This document shows positions 35,371 through 37,795 of a stretch of 37,795 nt of DNA, in pieces. Below the pieces are notes generated by a model, which was given only the letters and a program-made list of their open reading frames with translations, did not search any database and was not told where the DNA came from. This DNA is from Chiloscyllium plagiosum (lineage: Eukaryota). A program made the translations under genes and the position numbers. The stretch's first letter is position 1; the number at the start of each line of letters is the position of its first letter. The DNA is taken from assembly GCF_004010195.1 (NCBI RefSeq), contig NC_057760.1:1003909-1041703 (forward strand), given 5' to 3'.

Positions 35371-35899
35371 TTATGAATATGACTTGAGCTAACGTCATCA
35401 TTTCAAATTACATGGAAACAATGGCTATTTGGACAAGGTGTTGCCAGACTCAATAATCTCAATGTTTGCTTAAAAACTACTTTTCACACAACACAACACC
35501 CGAAGTAGGTTAACAGAAAAGTTCATTTTACCTCCAACAAGGAGGAGGAGAGAACTCAAATACAGTGACATGCTGCAAAGGTTTAGGTAAAAGAAATGTT
35601 TTCAAAGGAAAACATTTTTAGCCAAAGCCACAGCTCATTTCTCTGCCCAATAAACGTAATGCACAGGAGTTTTGCTTTGGCAAATTTAATTTTACCAACA
35701 GTAGAGCATATGGTTGATAACAACAAAAGGTAACAATCTTATCTTGGAAAACTGGATGCCCAAAGATGCAAAACTTAATACACGCTGCTTTCTTGGAAAG
35801 AAATCTAAAATGATTGCCATTGTATAAATTCTGGTAGCACTGAGACTTGAGAGTCCAAATCACAGTATACTTCTTCAGAGTACTGTGTATATTATAGGA

Positions 35900-36450
35900 G
35901 TGATGTGACAGCGTTGGAGGGGGTGCAGCAGAGACTTACCGGGATGTTGTCAGAAGTCAGAACCAGGTTCCAGCCCAACAGGTTTATTTGAAATCTCAAG
36001 TTTGAAGTACACTTCACCTGATGAAAGCTCTGAAAGCTTGTGATTTTCAATACACCTGTTGGACTTTAACCTGGTGTCATCTGACTTCTAACTTTGTCCA
36101 CCCCAGCACCTCCACATCATGGCTACCAGACGTTGTCTCTGCTGGACGGATACAGATATAAAAAAAAAACTTTGGAGCACTTAGGTTGCTTTTCCTGGAG
36201 CAGAAATAGCAGAGGAGCAACTTGATTGAGGGGTACAAAATGGCAAGGGTTATAAATGGGGTAGACAAGCAGAAACGTTTTCCCTTACTGGAAGGGTCAA
36301 CAACCAAGAGCACAGATTGGAGGTAAAGGGCAGGACGTTGAGCAGGAATTCTTAAAGAAAGAATTCGATTTCAGCCAGAGGGTTGTAGATATCTGGAAGG
36401 CATTGCCTGAAAGGGTGGTACAGGTGCAATATTTAAGCAGTATTTAGATA
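35900..36450 (+). mobile_element. CR1 ORF2 fragment interrupted by a PLE hairpin
   Basis: LEGVQQRLTGML before 35952; LEHLGCFSWS...NLIEGYKM after about 36170. Confidence 0.6.
35952..36125. mobile_element. Older PLE hairpin related to 14978-15188, opposite orientation
   Basis: ccaacaggtttattt / acacctgttgg arms; core cacCTGATGAaagctctGAAAgcTT with stem II partly deleted. Confidence 0.7.
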
Positions 36451-36459
36451 AAACGCAGC

Positions 36460-36565
36460 ATTCAGCTCTGACCAAAGTGTCATCCAGATTCAAAATGTTA
36501 GCTTGCTCTCTCTCCACGGATGCTGCCTGACCTGCTGCGATTTCCAGTATTTTTTTCTTTTCAGT
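36460..36565 (+). mobile_element. PLE pLTR fragment with decayed hammerhead
   Basis: ctctgaccaaagtgtcatccagattcaaaatgttagctt...gatgctgcctgacctgctg. Confidence 0.55.
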
Positions 36566-36679
36566 TTACATAAATCACTCAAGGCTGCAGGCCAAGTGCC
36601 GGAAAACAGGACGAAAGCTCAACGACTGGCGAGGACACGATGGACCGAAGGGCCTCTTTACATGGTGTTAAAAACCTTA

Positions 36680-36940
36680 CGACTCCTGAGAGATTACACC
36701 CTCTGGTCCTAAACTCTACCACACAAGGGGAAACAACTTCTCCACATCTCCCCTGTCAATTTCCCCCTAATTATTTTGTATGTTTCAATAAGGTCACCCT
36801 CTCATTCTTTTAAATCCCAATAAGTACTGGCACCACTCTCTTCTGGGGAGACTATCCCCCAATCCACAGGATCAGTCCGGTGAACCTCCTCTGGACTGCC
36901 TCCAATATATCTTTCCCTAAATAAAGCAATCAAAACAGTT
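36680..36940 (-). mobile_element. CR1 fragment
   Basis: gggaaacaacttctccacatc...tgtttcaataaggtcaccctctcattc...gtgaacctcctctggactgcctccaa. Confidence 0.6.
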
Positions 36941-37533
36941 TACGAGGCATGCTATAGTTTCATCAAGTTGCTAGCTTCCACTCTCAGAAGCTGCCAAAAG
37001 AGAGACAAACAAAAAAAGAACACTCTGAATTCACCGCCGGAGAGAAGTCGTCAAACTTCAAGAATGACAATTTTATACTTAAAAGAGGAAAAAGTGAGAA
37101 AGAACTTGCAAAGCTCCTGAGAAGGTGCTTTCCCAATTGCACCTCCGACAAAATATTCTGAAACAAAGGGCGCTCGCTAGAAAAAAAAACAAATCAATGT
37201 ATGATTTGAAACTTGCATTTTAAAAGAAATGCAAATAAAATTATAGAACGAGTCAAATGCAATGAGGGAATTGTTGACATCTTTGCTTCAGGGCAACCCA
37301 GCATTTCCCAATTCCCACTTTGCAAGGATTCTGAAATAAAGCATTCAAACTGAAATACTTTTACTGCAAAGATTAAAATGCACCAAGACCAACTTTAAGC
37401 AACAATTTTTTTTTGAAATCGAGGAAAATTAATTCCACCTTAGATTGCCTCAAGGGATTTCGGTGCTCACCTGAAAGAAAGCGAAAAAGGTCGGTTTTGA
37501 AGGTAAAAGGAAGCTTTAAAACGGGCAACTTAC

Positions 37534-37650
37534 CTCAGGAAATTCGACGAACAATATGATTTCGAAGGAATTTGATGTTTTAATTGACTTTTTTTTCCCT
37601 ACCCCGTTTCTACCTTTACCTTTCTCTGGGAAACATCGCTCGAGCGCTCA
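37534..37650 (-). other. Candidate first (probably non-coding) exon of an unidentified gene
   Basis: Adjacent to the promoter-like block and ends at a consensus donor CCTGAG|GTAAGT (intron starts 37533); the 5' end is a guess. Confidence 0.45.
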
Positions 37651-37795
37651 ACCGAACCTGCGCCGGCGCGAGCAGGGCTGCAGGAAGTCCCGCCCCCTGG
37701 CCGGTCCTGATTGGTGAGGTGCGGGGCAACGCCCACCGCCATAGGCCCGCCCCCTTGTCAATCATCAGGAGCCAGGTGTGGGGAGAGATGGGGGG
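37620..37795. promoter_or_regulatory. CpG-rich promoter-like block
   Basis: Sharp CpG/GC rise; ETS ggaagt 37683-37688; GC boxes cccgcccc 37689-37696 and 37746-37753; CCAAT (ctgattgg) 37707-37714. Confidence 0.65.

Noticed and set aside
37616..37636. Minus-strand MFPRER resembling the PNPLA2 N-terminus (MFPREK)
   Set aside because: It stops or meets a donor after six codons and lacks the following patatin sequence; coincidence.

Overview
Eukaryotic, repeat-rich, intron-like DNA with a 613-N assembly gap (3930-4542). The repeat content points to a cartilaginous fish, probably a shark (inference): HE1/V-SINE-like and Deu-SINE-like SINEs, CR1, L2, RTE and Tx1/L1 LINE relics, and many Penelope-like element (PLE) pieces. 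I found no intact protein-coding gene; the ORF track is mostly chance ORFs, ORFs running through Ns, or decayed retroelement fragments. The right end looks like a GC/CCAAT/ETS promoter with a possible minus-strand first exon (donor at 37533), so most of the window may be the 5' intron(s) of an unidentified minus-strand gene. The most notable signal is a set of short PLE-derived insertions from several families. They carry minimal type-I hammerhead ribozyme cores (CUGANGA...GAAA..UH), often as inverted hairpins, with target-site duplications (TSDs) of 11-15 bp and one of 73 bp. Family names come from recognition, not database searches, and boundaries of old repeats are approximate.
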